DNA of 64,000 nucleotides from Anaerolineales bacterium (GTDB lineage Bacteria; Chloroflexota; Anaerolineae; 4572-78; NAK82). How positions within the stretch are numbered: the stretch's first letter is position 1; each line of letters opens with the position of its first letter. Below, one piece after another: positions 17,771 to 26,862 of this stretch. Made by a program: the position numbers and the translations under genes. The DNA lies in contig CP070811.1 in the NCBI GenBank assembly GCA_020343875.1, forward strand, positions 4,882,310 to 4,946,309, in the 5' to 3' direction. The notes under the pieces were generated by a model. It saw only the letters and a program-made list of their open reading frames with translations. It had not been told where the DNA came from and did not search any database.

Positions 17771-20700
17771 ATGGCTGACACAAACCGATCCTCCAATCTC
17801 AGTCTTCTTGAGCAACCCGACCGTGCTGACGAGTTTGCCGCCTCCCCCCTGGAGCAGGCACGCACGATGCTCGATATGCTCCGAGTGGGTAGATCAGGTG
17901 GACTGGCTATCGCCCAGTGCGACGATTTTGGCCTGCGCTCTCAACTCTTTGCCCACTTCAAGCATCGGCTGGCTGAATACGATGTTTATCTGTTCCCCTA
18001 TAGGGTGACCGATAGGGACTTGAATCTGGGACGCACTTTGTATGATCTGAGCCTGCATCGGTTCAAGCGCCTGGAATCAACTGTGAGATTCAAGTCGATC
18101 GTCATTTTCGTTTACGGGATTGAGAGTTACAGCGAAGTACAGAACTCTCAGTTCCTCAACGGGCTCAATTCCTTGCAGGATTCATTGAGGGCGATCGAAC
18201 AGCCAGTGGTCATTTGGGGCACCAGCGAGTTCTGCGCCCAGTTAGCCCGCTCTACCCCTGATCTTTGGGACTCGAAAGAAATGCTATTTTCCTTTCCCTA
18301 CACGGCCCTGGAGCGAGTAGAAAGGGAAGAAACAAATACGCCACCCAAAGGGCCACGGCACCGGTTTCCGTTTCTAACACGTTATCTGCAGATGGTAGTC
18401 AAAGACCCTGAATACGCCATCTGGCAGGATCTGTATCTACCACTCAAGGCGACCCGTGTCACGGACACGACTAGATTGGTACCCCCGCGGCATACCCTGA
18501 CCGACAGCGAGATGGCCCAGCTTCAGCAGGCTATCGTCGACACAGATACTCGAGCAGCCGGGGAAATTATCTTTGAGCGGGGTGCACCCGGTGAAACGTG
18601 TTACATCATCGTCGCCGGCGAAGTAGAGGTTCTGGTGCCTGATGCGCTGGGCAGCCAGGTCGTGGTCTCAACCCTGGGGCCAGGGGATTTCTTTGGCGAG
18701 ATCGCCCTACTGGAGAGCGTGCCGCGCACAGCAACTGTCCGGACCACGCAACCTTCTCACTTGCTGGTACTCGACCGCCGCTCGTTGGGAACGGTTTCGC
18801 AGGTGGCTCCCTCCGTCGCAGAGATGTTGATGCAGATTAGTCGGCGCCGGCTGGAAACCCGGATGCGAGATCCACAAGAGCTGGTATCACCCCTGCGTCG
18901 CTTCGCCCTCGAAGGTCACAGCCTGATCCGGCAGAGGCCAGTTGATGTGCGCCAGCTTATCAGCAACGATCAGTACGCGATGGTGCTAGGCGAGGCCGGC
19001 GCCGGCAAGACAACTGTGCTGCGACGCATTATGCTCGACCTGGCCAACGAGGGCCTTCACTCCCTCGCGGAGCCAGAAGGAACGGGCGTTGTCCCTTTCT
19101 TCATAAGGTTGAATATGCTTACCCCCGATCGACAAGTAGAAGATCTGATCCTCGAGTCGTTGCGAAACTATGGCCTTCCTGACTTCGAGGCCAGTGAAGA
19201 CTTAGAAGTACTCCTGAAGGAGCAAGGCCCTGACAACTATCTAGCTGGCAGCTTTGTCTTCTTGATGGACGGCCTGGACGCAATGGACAACCAATCGGCG
19301 GTTAGGCAAGATCTAAATCGGTTCATCCAAGATTATAGCCATCACCGATTTGTGATGGGCTGCCGAGTAGAAAACTACGTACCCGTCGCCCGTTTTCGCC
19401 CAGTTATGCTTCAGCGCTTGACTGGATACGATATCGAGGACTTCCTGACCAGATATATTGGACCGGACCAGGGACAGCGCATCGCCCGTGAGATTTACGG
19501 CGATACTCAACTAGAAGATCTAGCCCAAACCCCGCTGGCCCTTTATATGTTCGCTCAGATCTTCAAGAACGGTGAGGCAGCCCTTCCCAAGAACCGGGGC
19601 ATCCTATTTGAGCGATTCACCAACAACCTATTGGAGCGTGCCGACACCGAATGGTGGAAAATCTACGGCCGGTCAAAGAGCCGAGTACCTTTGACGGTCC
19701 GCCGCGCTGTACTGGCTTCACTGGGCCTGCGGATGCAAGGAAACGAGGTGTGGTCCCTTCCAAGCAGTCGCTGGATGGCGACTGTTACCAACGAGCTTGA
19801 CCTCTTCCGTGAGAAAGCTTCACCAGAAGAACGAGAAGCCACACGCACTGTGTCGCCTCATGACGTGATAGAAGAGATTATGTATAGCGGACTGCTTCGG
19901 TACTCCGGTGGTCGTGAGTGGTTAGAATTTGCCCACCATTCATTGCAGGAATTCTTCGCGGCATTGGCTCTGCGTGGTCAAAAAATAGACCTCGAACTAC
20001 TTGTGCAAGGGGCCGAGAATCGCCACCAATGGTCAGGAACCATTGTGTTGCTGTACGGCATCTCCAATTCCAAGACACCTCTCTTCTTCAAGATCTTGGG
20101 GAACGGCAATGATTACAGTCGGATCTGGTTGGACGCCGCATGTCTGTCCAGTGCTGGGGAGCACATTGCGTATGTCGCCGAGGACTTAGAAACAGCGCTG
20201 TCCAGTGGGGACATCCTTGACGAGCAACAAAGATTTGGTGCGCTATTTAGCGTGGGCCTGGCCTACCGACAATTGGAGCGTTATCCAGAAGCCTTGACCT
20301 ATCTGCATCGCGCTGCGGATTCGCAACCCGATTCGGCCGAGGTGCAATACGAACTTGGCTCTCTATATCGTCTCGTGGATCAACATGATCGTGCCATCAA
20401 GCACCTGGAAGAAGCCATTCGCATACGGCCTGACTTTGTGGACGCCTATAATCAGCTTGGCATCACATACTACGACCAGGGCAAACACGCTGAGGCATTA
20501 ACCATCTTCCGAGCGACGGCCCAGCTTGAGCCGTCCAATCCTCTTCATTACCACAATTTGGGCAGTGTCCTCAAGTTGCTGCGCAACTATCCCGCCGCAC
20601 GAGATGCTTTTCAAACGGCTATCGAACTCAAAGCGGACTACATAGAAGCACTCACCCAGCTCGATATTCTGGAAAAGGCACTGGCTTCCGGGGTGATTCA

Positions 20701-21751
20701 AGTTCTCGACCGCATTCCCCTTCTCAGCCGGCTAACACTGGAGCAAAACATGTTGCTTGCCAACCGGCTCAAGGTCATCGAATACAAGCCGGGGCAGATT
20801 GTATTTCACATGGGAGAGATGGGTGACACCTTTTATATTATCGAGACAGGTGAAGTAGAAGTGCTGGCACCTGACGTGAAAGGCTCGCCAAATGTACTAG
20901 ACCGATTGGGGCCAGGCGACTTCTTCGGAGAGATTGCATTGCTGCGAGCGGTTCCCCGTACAGCCACCATTCGAGTCGTTGCGCCGGTCCGACTGCTGGC
21001 GCTCAGCCGCGCAGATTTCAACGACGTACTGACACGCTACCCATCTCTAGCACATCGGCTGGAAGAGTCGTCAGGCGAACGGCTGCTGCGTGATCGCCAC
21101 CGGGGTCGAACCACAAGCCTGGACCGCTACTACGACCCGGCATATATTGAAGAGCTGGTCCAGCAGAAAGAGGTCACGGTGGTGATGGGCGACATCCATG
21201 GCTCGACCTTTCTTACCCACGCAATTGGGCCGGAACTCATGGTGGAATTTCTGGATGAGTACCTCAAGCGCATGTCTGCCATCATCGTCCAAGCTGGGGG
21301 AGCCATGGATCGTAGCCTGGGTGACAGTGTCATGGGAGTTTTCGGCTCTTTCCACCAACGATATGGGGACAGGGAAACGAGTTCCGGCACCCGAGCCCTG
21401 CTGGCTGCCCTTCATATGCGTCAGGACTTCTCAAACCTGCGTGCCAAGTGGTCCGAACAAAATCCCGAGTTTGCACAGACCGGTATGGGCGTTGGCCTCA
21501 GTACAGGCTCAGTGGCTAAAGGAACCATCGGCTCGGAAACAGCAATGGTTGGTTCAGCCGTCAACTTGGCGAACAAGCTCTCCAAGCTAGCCATCAAGGG
21601 CCGTCAGGAGAGTGAGATCTACGCGGATGAACGCACCTGCCAGATGCTGGGGGATTCTGTCATCGCTGAACTACTCGACCCGGTTTACACTTCACGTAAG
21701 GCCGGCGGCGTGCTGCTCAGAGCATACCGCATCATTCAGCGGCGGGGGTAG
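17771..21751 (+). CDS. multidomain STAND signalling protein: unassigned N-terminal domain, cNMP-binding, NACHT P-loop NTPase, TPR, cNMP-binding, class III nucleotidyl cyclase
   Basis: 1326 aa. cNMP domains are at nt ~18503..18850 (FFGEIALLESVPRTATV) and ~20693..21055 (FFGEIALLRAVPRTATI). NACHT is at ~18968..19450 (Walker A GEAGAGKTT, Walker B FVFLMDGLDA, MGCR). TPRs are at ~20228..20665. The cyclase is at ~21167..21748 (VVMGDIHGST, LGDSVMGVFG, SAVNLANK). Confidence 0.9.
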   Translation: MADTNRSSNLSLLEQPDRADEFAASPLEQARTMLDMLRVGRSGGLAIAQCDDFGLRSQLFAHFKHRLAEYDVYLFPYRVTDRDLNLGRTLYDLSLHRFKRLESTVRFKSIVIFVYGIESYSEVQNSQFLNGLNSLQDSLRAIEQPVVIWGTSEFCAQLARSTPDLWDSKEMLFSFPYTALERVEREETNTPPKGPRHRFPFLTRYLQMVVKDPEYAIWQDLYLPLKATRVTDTTRLVPPRHTLTDSEMAQLQQAIVDTDTRAAGEIIFERGAPGETCYIIVAGEVEVLVPDALGSQVVVSTLGPGDFFGEIALLESVPRTATVRTTQPSHLLVLDRRSLGTVSQVAPSVAEMLMQISRRRLETRMRDPQELVSPLRRFALEGHSLIRQRPVDVRQLISNDQYAMVLGEAGAGKTTVLRRIMLDLANEGLHSLAEPEGTGVVPFFIRLNMLTPDRQVEDLILESLRNYGLPDFEASEDLEVLLKEQGPDNYLAGSFVFLMDGLDAMDNQSAVRQDLNRFIQDYSHHRFVMGCRVENYVPVARFRPVMLQRLTGYDIEDFLTRYIGPDQGQRIAREIYGDTQLEDLAQTPLALYMFAQIFKNGEAALPKNRGILFERFTNNLLERADTEWWKIYGRSKSRVPLTVRRAVLASLGLRMQGNEVWSLPSSRWMATVTNELDLFREKASPEEREATRTVSPHDVIEEIMYSGLLRYSGGREWLEFAHHSLQEFFAALALRGQKIDLELLVQGAENRHQWSGTIVLLYGISNSKTPLFFKILGNGNDYSRIWLDAACLSSAGEHIAYVAEDLETALSSGDILDEQQRFGALFSVGLAYRQLERYPEALTYLHRAADSQPDSAEVQYELGSLYRLVDQHDRAIKHLEEAIRIRPDFVDAYNQLGITYYDQGKHAEALTIFRATAQLEPSNPLHYHNLGSVLKLLRNYPAARDAFQTAIELKADYIEALTQLDILEKALASGVIQVLDRIPLLSRLTLEQNMLLANRLKVIEYKPGQIVFHMGEMGDTFYIIETGEVEVLAPDVKGSPNVLDRLGPGDFFGEIALLRAVPRTATIRVVAPVRLLALSRADFNDVLTRYPSLAHRLEESSGERLLRDRHRGRTTSLDRYYDPAYIEELVQQKEVTVVMGDIHGSTFLTHAIGPELMVEFLDEYLKRMSAIIVQAGGAMDRSLGDSVMGVFGSFHQRYGDRETSSGTRALLAALHMRQDFSNLRAKWSEQNPEFAQTGMGVGLSTGSVAKGTIGSETAMVGSAVNLANKLSKLAIKGRQESEIYADERTCQMLGDSVIAELLDPVYTSRKAGGVLLRAYRIIQRRG

Positions 21752-21815
21752 GTACTTTCGCAATTGCGATAAGGCGCAGGCAGATATCCATCCCAGTCAC
21801 GCGCTGGCCCTCAAT

Positions 21816-22016
21816 CTACCGAGCGGCAGGCTTGCCGACTACAAGCTCGCTGTCCTCGCTTAGCTCAATAACATTCTTCTGACCGCAAACCGGGCAGCCC
21901 ACCCAATAACGAGGCACTCGTTGGCCCTGGATCAGGCCATCCCGGTACGGATGAAGCGCCTCCAAGTCAAGGGGAAAATCGTCCCGACATTTGTAACAGC
22001 GCACAGCAAGGGGCAT
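21816..22016 (-). CDS. small zinc-ribbon protein (66 aa from the internal Met)
   Basis: [10 protein letters not shown]...CPVCGQ contains two CxxC pairs. The ATG overlaps the pdp stop as TGATG at 22014..22018, which suggests translational coupling. The track's longer form (to 22070) would overlap pdp by 55 nt. Confidence 0.5.
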   Translation of the reverse strand: MPLAVRCYKCRDDFPLDLEALHPYRDGLIQGQRVPRYWVGCPVCGQKNVIELSEDSELVVGKPAAR

Positions 22017-23341
22017 CAGCGGATAATTTTGCGAGTACGGGGAGGTGGTGTAACGGGTTCGTCGCTCCAACGGATGGCTGAGCGCAGTCGCCCGCGGGCT
22101 TGAACCAGGCTGCTTTTGTCATTCGCATAGATGGTCAGCAGTGGTTCTCCCTCTTCGACCCGGTCACCTACCTTCTTGTGATGCACGATTCCCACTGCAT
22201 AGTCAATAGGATCACCCTTCTTCTCACGCCCACCGCCCAATAGCACAGCTGTCTTTCCCACCTGGTAGGCATCTATTGCAGCGATGTTACCGGCACGGGG
22301 AGATAGCAAATCTTCGACCAGAGAGGCGCTCGGCAGCAAGCCAGGTGCTTCGAGTATAGCCCGGTCCCCCCCCTGCGCAGTGATCCACTCTACGAATTTA
22401 TGCCAGGCGGAGCCATCGTCAAGCGCACCGACCAGAACAGCCCGGGCTTCGTCCAAGTTGGATACTTTCTGACCGGTGTGCGGTACAGTGCCAGCCAGAA
22501 ACAGCATCATGCCAGCCACGGTCAGACAATGGTCGCGGAAGTCGGGCGGACCACCACCGTGCAACGTCTCAATAGCCTCGCGCACTTCGAGGGCATTGCC
22601 AACTGCGTAGCCCAGAGGCTGATTCATATCAGAGATGACAGCCGCCACCTGGCGGCCCACCCTGCGGCCGATAGCTACCATAATCTCAGCCAGTTCCTCA
22701 GCCTCGGCCTCCGTCTTCATAAAAGCCCCTTTGCCCACTTTCACATCCAGGACGATGGCATCGGCACCAGCCGCAATCTTCTTACTCATTATGCTGCTGG
22801 CGATGAGAGGCATACTCTCGACTGTGCCCGTAACATCCCGCAAGCTGTAAAACTTGCCATCGGCTGGAGCCAGCTCGGCTGATTGTCCAGCAACCACGAT
22901 GCCGTGGTCGGTAAGTTGTTGCATAAACTGTTCTTGGCTGAGGGTGACAGTGAAGCCTCTGATGCTCTCCAGTTTGTCTAGAGTGCCACCAGAGAAATCC
23001 AGCCCGCGTCCGCTCATCTTGCCGACAGGTAGCCCCTGGCTGGCGACCAGAGGAGCAACCACCAGGGTGGTCTTGTCGCCTACCCCTCCCGTCGAGTGCT
23101 TATCAACCACGAACGGGGCAATCTGGTGAAGATCTAATGTGTCTCCCGAGTGCGCCATGGACAGGGTTAGTTCAGTCGCCTCGCGATGTGTCATGCCTCG
23201 CAACAGCACCGCCATACACCAAGACGCGGCCTGGTAGTCGGGAATTTCACCCTCAGTGTAGCCTCGAACGAAGAATTGAATCTCCTCAGCTGTCAGTTGG
23301 CCGCCGTCTCGCTTCTTGGTGATGACGTCTACGGCACGCAT
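22016..23341 (-). CDS. pdp: pyrimidine-nucleoside (thymidine) phosphorylase
   Basis: Family-typical N-terminus [37 protein letters not shown] and [10 protein letters not shown] trimmed 35 codons from the track ORF; a GGAGG RBS precedes the ATG at 23341. Confidence 0.9.
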   Translation of the reverse strand: MRAVDVITKKRDGGQLTAEEIQFFVRGYTEGEIPDYQAASWCMAVLLRGMTHREATELTLSMAHSGDTLDLHQIAPFVVDKHSTGGVGDKTTLVVAPLVASQGLPVGKMSGRGLDFSGGTLDKLESIRGFTVTLSQEQFMQQLTDHGIVVAGQSAELAPADGKFYSLRDVTGTVESMPLIASSIMSKKIAAGADAIVLDVKVGKGAFMKTEAEAEELAEIMVAIGRRVGRQVAAVISDMNQPLGYAVGNALEVREAIETLHGGGPPDFRDHCLTVAGMMLFLAGTVPHTGQKVSNLDEARAVLVGALDDGSAWHKFVEWITAQGGDRAILEAPGLLPSASLVEDLLSPRAGNIAAIDAYQVGKTAVLLGGGREKKGDPIDYAVGIVHHKKVGDRVEEGEPLLTIYANDKSSLVQARGRLRSAIRWSDEPVTPPPRTRKIIR

Positions 23342-23482
23342 CCTATGGCCTCCAAATCCGAATATCAGCGTTGCTGAGTGACAGGCAAATAGTATACCTT
23401 TAAACGAGTGGGCAAGCAAGAGGCGGGGCCTCTGAACCAGACGCACACCAGACCTGATCGCAGGTAAATCGATTCAGCAGAG

Positions 23483-23511
23483 TTGCTTTTGGGGCCGCGT
23501 CCGCTTATAAT
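23483..23511 (+). promoter_or_regulatory. sigma70-type promoter TTGCTT-N17-TATAAT
   Basis: Read directly. About 40 nt upstream of the nitrilase-family gene start (23550), which has a CAGGAGAA RBS. Confidence 0.55.
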
Positions 23512-23549
23512 GTATGATACAAATGTTCTAACTCAGGAGAAAATAACCT

Positions 23550-24362
23550 ATGCGTGAAATCACAGTGGCCGCCGTGCAGATGAAACCTAAACTCTACGAG
23601 ATGGGCGATAATCTCACGCGCATGACAGATTTCGTAGAGAAGATTTGCCTTCAGCAGCGGGTAGACCTCATCGTCTTCCCGGAATTGATTACCACTGGTT
23701 ATGAGTGTGGCGTTCGCTTCACCGACCTGGCGGAGAAAGCGCCTGGCCACACCGTCAACCTGATGGCTCAACAGGCCGCCGAATTCAACACTCACATCGT
23801 TTTTGGAATGGCGCTCAAGGAGAAGGTGGAAAGCATTATCTACAATGCAGCCATCATGGTCGGTCCCGACGGGGAACTAGTTGGTGATTACCGCAAGGTA
23901 CATCTGCGCGGCGAGGAGCGACTGGCCTTTCGGACTGGATTCCGCTACCCTGTGCTGGAAACCAACTTTGGCATGGTGGGCCTGATATTGGGCTGGGATA
24001 TGGCCTTCCCTGAAGTCGCGCGTTCGTTGGCCCTGGATGGCGCCGAACTCTTATGCCTGTGCGCAAGCTGGGAGCGACCTCATACCAAGGAATGGCATGC
24101 CTTTTCACTGGCGCGTGCCTTTGAGAACTCTATCTTCCTGGCCGCTGCCAATCGGATCGGTGAGGAGCCCAGCTACACTTTCTTTGGCCAGAGTATGATC
24201 GTCGGTCCGCGCGGTGACGTATATGCCTCTATGGACGAAGAAACCGAAGGCTATGCACTAGCCCAAGTCGATTTGGACGAAGTACGTCGCTTGCGCGAGG
24301 AATATCAACTCATTCAACTCCGCCAGCCAGCCACCTATCGGGCAATTGTGCGCAAGTATTGA
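23550..24362 (+). CDS. carbon-nitrogen hydrolase (nitrilase superfamily)
   Basis: 270 aa. Catalytic E-K-C context (VFPELITTGY, YRKVHL, LCLCASWE). Confidence 0.85.
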   Translation: MREITVAAVQMKPKLYEMGDNLTRMTDFVEKICLQQRVDLIVFPELITTGYECGVRFTDLAEKAPGHTVNLMAQQAAEFNTHIVFGMALKEKVESIIYNAAIMVGPDGELVGDYRKVHLRGEERLAFRTGFRYPVLETNFGMVGLILGWDMAFPEVARSLALDGAELLCLCASWERPHTKEWHAFSLARAFENSIFLAAANRIGEEPSYTFFGQSMIVGPRGDVYASMDEETEGYALAQVDLDEVRRLREEYQLIQLRQPATYRAIVRKY

Positions 24363-24413
24363 GATATTTCCCCTATCTATGCCTCGTCTAGACACATCCC
24401 TCGGAGCATAAGA

Positions 24414-26351
24414 ATGAGGCTAAGGCCAGGGCTCTGGGCTGCAGCCCTCTGCCCTATTCTGATTCTAAGTGGATGCCAGCCAGCCTCCGACTGGCGCTGG
24501 CAACCCGCCGAGAACGGCCTGCCCCGTCAGGCAGTGATTCTGACACTGGCCGCCGACCCGAACAACCCTAACCATCTCTGGGGCGGATATTACGCGCCTG
24601 GCGGTCTGGCTATCAGCCACGACGGTGGCCAGACGTGGACCACCAGTGCCCAGGGGTTAGCCGACAACCCCGTGTTTGATTTGCTCCCGCTCCCCGCCGG
24701 CCCCCTTTGGGCAGCTACCCGCGATGGTCTTATGGAGAGCTCCGACGGCGGGATGACATGGACACCAGAGCTCGCTGGATTGCCTTCGGCCTCAGCCTTC
24801 GCCCTGGCGGCAGGCAGAGACGGGCGAGTCTACGTGGGCATGGATGACTTCGGGCTTTACGTTCAAGCGCCAGGCAGAGACGGCTGGATATCGCTGAATC
24901 AAAACGAGCGGCTAGCCACAGCGGCTGTCCTCTCACTGGCGGTCTCCCCTGGCGGCACCCAGCTCTATGCGGGTACCGCCGGGCGGGGGCTGTTTGCCAG
25001 CCAAGATGCCGGGTCCACATGGACCGTTGCCTTTTCCAACAGCTACATCCCTAATCTGGCTCTCAGCCCCTCCCACCCTGGGACAGCCATAGCCAGTCTC
25101 CGAGACCGGCTGGCCCGCACGCAGGATGGAGGGAGATCATGGGAGCTACTACCCACCCCCTGGGCGCGGCACGAGGTGACATCTCTTCTGTGGCTGGCTG
25201 ACTCCCGGGCCGAGGCGGCCCCTCAACTGGAGGCAAGTGAGACAATTTTGGCTGGCAATGGGCAAGGCCAAATCTATTGCAGCCCAGATGGCGGAGACTC
25301 CTGGCTGGAAATGGAAGCCCCGACACGAATCCGGGGTGGCGTGCTGGCTCTTATGAAGAACAGCGATCAACTCTTGGCCGGCACCTGGACTGGGATCTAC
25401 GCCAGCCCTGCACCGGTGCGATGTGCAAACGGCCATAATACCTGGACCTATATCTCGCCCTCGCTGGGCACTCCATACGCCAATGCATTTGTTGAGAGCG
25501 AGGCCGGATTGCTGATCGGTACCCGAACTGGCCTCTTTCGCTGGCAGCCAGCAGTGCGCCACTGGATAGAGGTGGCGCTGGAAGACATTCCAGTAGGGGG
25601 CGTGGCAGCCCTAGGGGTTGCTCCATCGGATGGGCAGGTAGTCTACGCCGGGACAGCCTCTGGCGGGCTGTATCGCAGCCAAGATGGAGGCGTCAACTGG
25701 TCAAGAGTGCCTTCGGACCTGGAGATTGGCATCCGGGCACTGGCCGTCGCCCCAGACGGCGCTGATCACGTCTACGCCCTGGCTAACTGGGAACGGATAT
25801 ACGAAAGCAGAGACGGCGGGCTCAGCTGGCAAGCCGGCTGGACAGGGCTAGAGTTAACCACCGAGGCGATCAGCCTGATGATAGATCCATTGGATCCCTC
25901 GACCCTATATCTGGGCGCCGATACAGGCCTCTATCGCAGTCACCACGGCGGTAAGAACTGGCGGTCGGTGGGCCGCCCGCTGGACGACCAGACAGTGCTG
26001 ACCCTGGCTGCCCGCCCCGCCCCAAATGCCGAAGGAAAATCATCGATCCTATACATTGGAGCAACGCAGGGCGCCTATCGCAGCCAAGATAGTGGCACCA
26101 CCGTGGAGCCGTGGGGTGGCGAGCTGAAGAACGTTTCGGTAACGGCCTTCTTGTTTGACCCGAGCGACTCGCAGACCATCTATGCAGGAACAGCCTTCGC
26201 CGGTCTCTACCGGTCAATGGATGGGGGCGAGACGTGGAGAAAGATAGGTCCCCCGCATTTGGCGCAGGAGGTAGTGGAGGCAATGGCCTGGGGGCCCGGG
26301 GGCGAACTGTTCGTCGCATCGCCAGGAGGCGTGTGGGCAGGCAAGGAGTAA
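24414..26351 (+). CDS. BNR/Asp-box repeat beta-propeller lipoprotein (Ycf48/sialidase-like fold)
   Basis: 645 aa with lipobox ILSGC. It has about ten SxDxGxTW-type Asp boxes (SHDGGQTW, SSDGGMTW, SQDAGSTW, TQDGGRSW, SQDGGVNW, SRDGGLSW, SMDGGETW and others). Confidence 0.85.
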   Translation: MRLRPGLWAAALCPILILSGCQPASDWRWQPAENGLPRQAVILTLAADPNNPNHLWGGYYAPGGLAISHDGGQTWTTSAQGLADNPVFDLLPLPAGPLWAATRDGLMESSDGGMTWTPELAGLPSASAFALAAGRDGRVYVGMDDFGLYVQAPGRDGWISLNQNERLATAAVLSLAVSPGGTQLYAGTAGRGLFASQDAGSTWTVAFSNSYIPNLALSPSHPGTAIASLRDRLARTQDGGRSWELLPTPWARHEVTSLLWLADSRAEAAPQLEASETILAGNGQGQIYCSPDGGDSWLEMEAPTRIRGGVLALMKNSDQLLAGTWTGIYASPAPVRCANGHNTWTYISPSLGTPYANAFVESEAGLLIGTRTGLFRWQPAVRHWIEVALEDIPVGGVAALGVAPSDGQVVYAGTASGGLYRSQDGGVNWSRVPSDLEIGIRALAVAPDGADHVYALANWERIYESRDGGLSWQAGWTGLELTTEAISLMIDPLDPSTLYLGADTGLYRSHHGGKNWRSVGRPLDDQTVLTLAARPAPNAEGKSSILYIGATQGAYRSQDSGTTVEPWGGELKNVSVTAFLFDPSDSQTIYAGTAFAGLYRSMDGGETWRKIGPPHLAQEVVEAMAWGPGGELFVASPGGVWAGKE

Positions 26352-26426
26352 GCATACGCTGCGGTCAGGCTTTGCCCTTGCTTGAGGGGAGGCCAATTTG
26401 AAAGGGAAGAGATGGCTTAACAAGCA

Positions 26427-26459
26427 CGCCCCCTGCCATCTGAAGACGGGCAGGGGGCG
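26427..26459. terminator. GC-rich hairpin between convergent genes (11-bp perfect stem, 11-nt loop)
   Basis: CGCCCCCTGCC at 26427..26437 pairs with GGCAGGGGGCG at 26449..26459. It lies between the BNR gene (+) and the CSD gene (-). No strong U tract on either side. Confidence 0.5.
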
Positions 26460-26502
26460 GCTATTCACATTCGAGGCACGACATCACTACGTAATCGCCT
26501 AA

Positions 26503-26862
26503 TTATGCCGGAGTCACGCTCACCGCCTGGGGCCCCTTGATGGTCTCCTCCACCTCAAATTCTACCGCCTGGCCCTCGTTCAGGGTACGGATTCCCTCAG
26601 CCAAGCCGGTTTTATGCACGAAAACCTCTTCCCCGCTCTTCAAGGTGATGAAACCATATCCCTTCTGAGTGTTGAACCACTTCACGACACCCTGCGCCTT
26701 GCCCGCCGCATTAGTAAGAGGCATTAGTTCTCGGCACCGGGGACAATACTGGGGCGGTGTCATTGGCAACCCTTTGTCTGCCAGCGCCCGCTGGGCGGTG
26801 ACGGTGAACACGAACTCCCTCCCGCATTGCTGGCAGGTTATCATCGTATCTGAATAGTTCAT
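26503..26862 (-). CDS. cold-shock-domain protein with N-terminal zinc ribbon
   Basis: 119 aa. N-terminal CQQC...CPRC, then a CSD ([15 protein letters not shown] ... FVH). The start overlaps the gyrA stop as ATGA at 26859..26862. Confidence 0.85.
   Translation of the reverse strand: MNYSDTMITCQQCGREFVFTVTAQRALADKGLPMTPPQYCPRCRELMPLTNAAGKAQGVVKWFNTQKGYGFITLKSGEEVFVHKTGLAEGIRTLNEGQAVEFEVEETIKGPQAVSVTPA

Noticed and set aside
17459-17815. 118-aa minus-strand ORF and 79-aa plus-strand ORF (17475..17714) inside the STAND gene leader
   Set aside because: They have no RBS and no recognisable motifs. The minus-strand ORF overlaps the promoter and the STAND start. They were treated as non-coding leader sequence.
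17971-18130. TIR-like motifs in the STAND N-terminus (YDVYLFPYRVTDRD; SIVIFVYGIESYSEVQNSQFLNGL)
   Set aside because: The resemblance to the plant/bacterial TIR YDVFLSFRGEDTR and the WCLxEL region is only by eye. The motifs start about 68 aa into the protein, and the position of the catalytic Glu would be Gly. I left the domain unassigned pending HHpred or structure prediction.
22016-23446. N-terminal extensions of track ORFs (pdp to 23446; rpsU to 29993; OCD from 52853; corrinoid from 61520; anti-sigma from 58555; TolB-like to 13072; rpoC to 34391)
   Set aside because: Family-typical N-termini with good RBSs begin at internal start codons. The extensions are hydrophobic or Arg-rich and overlap neighbouring features.
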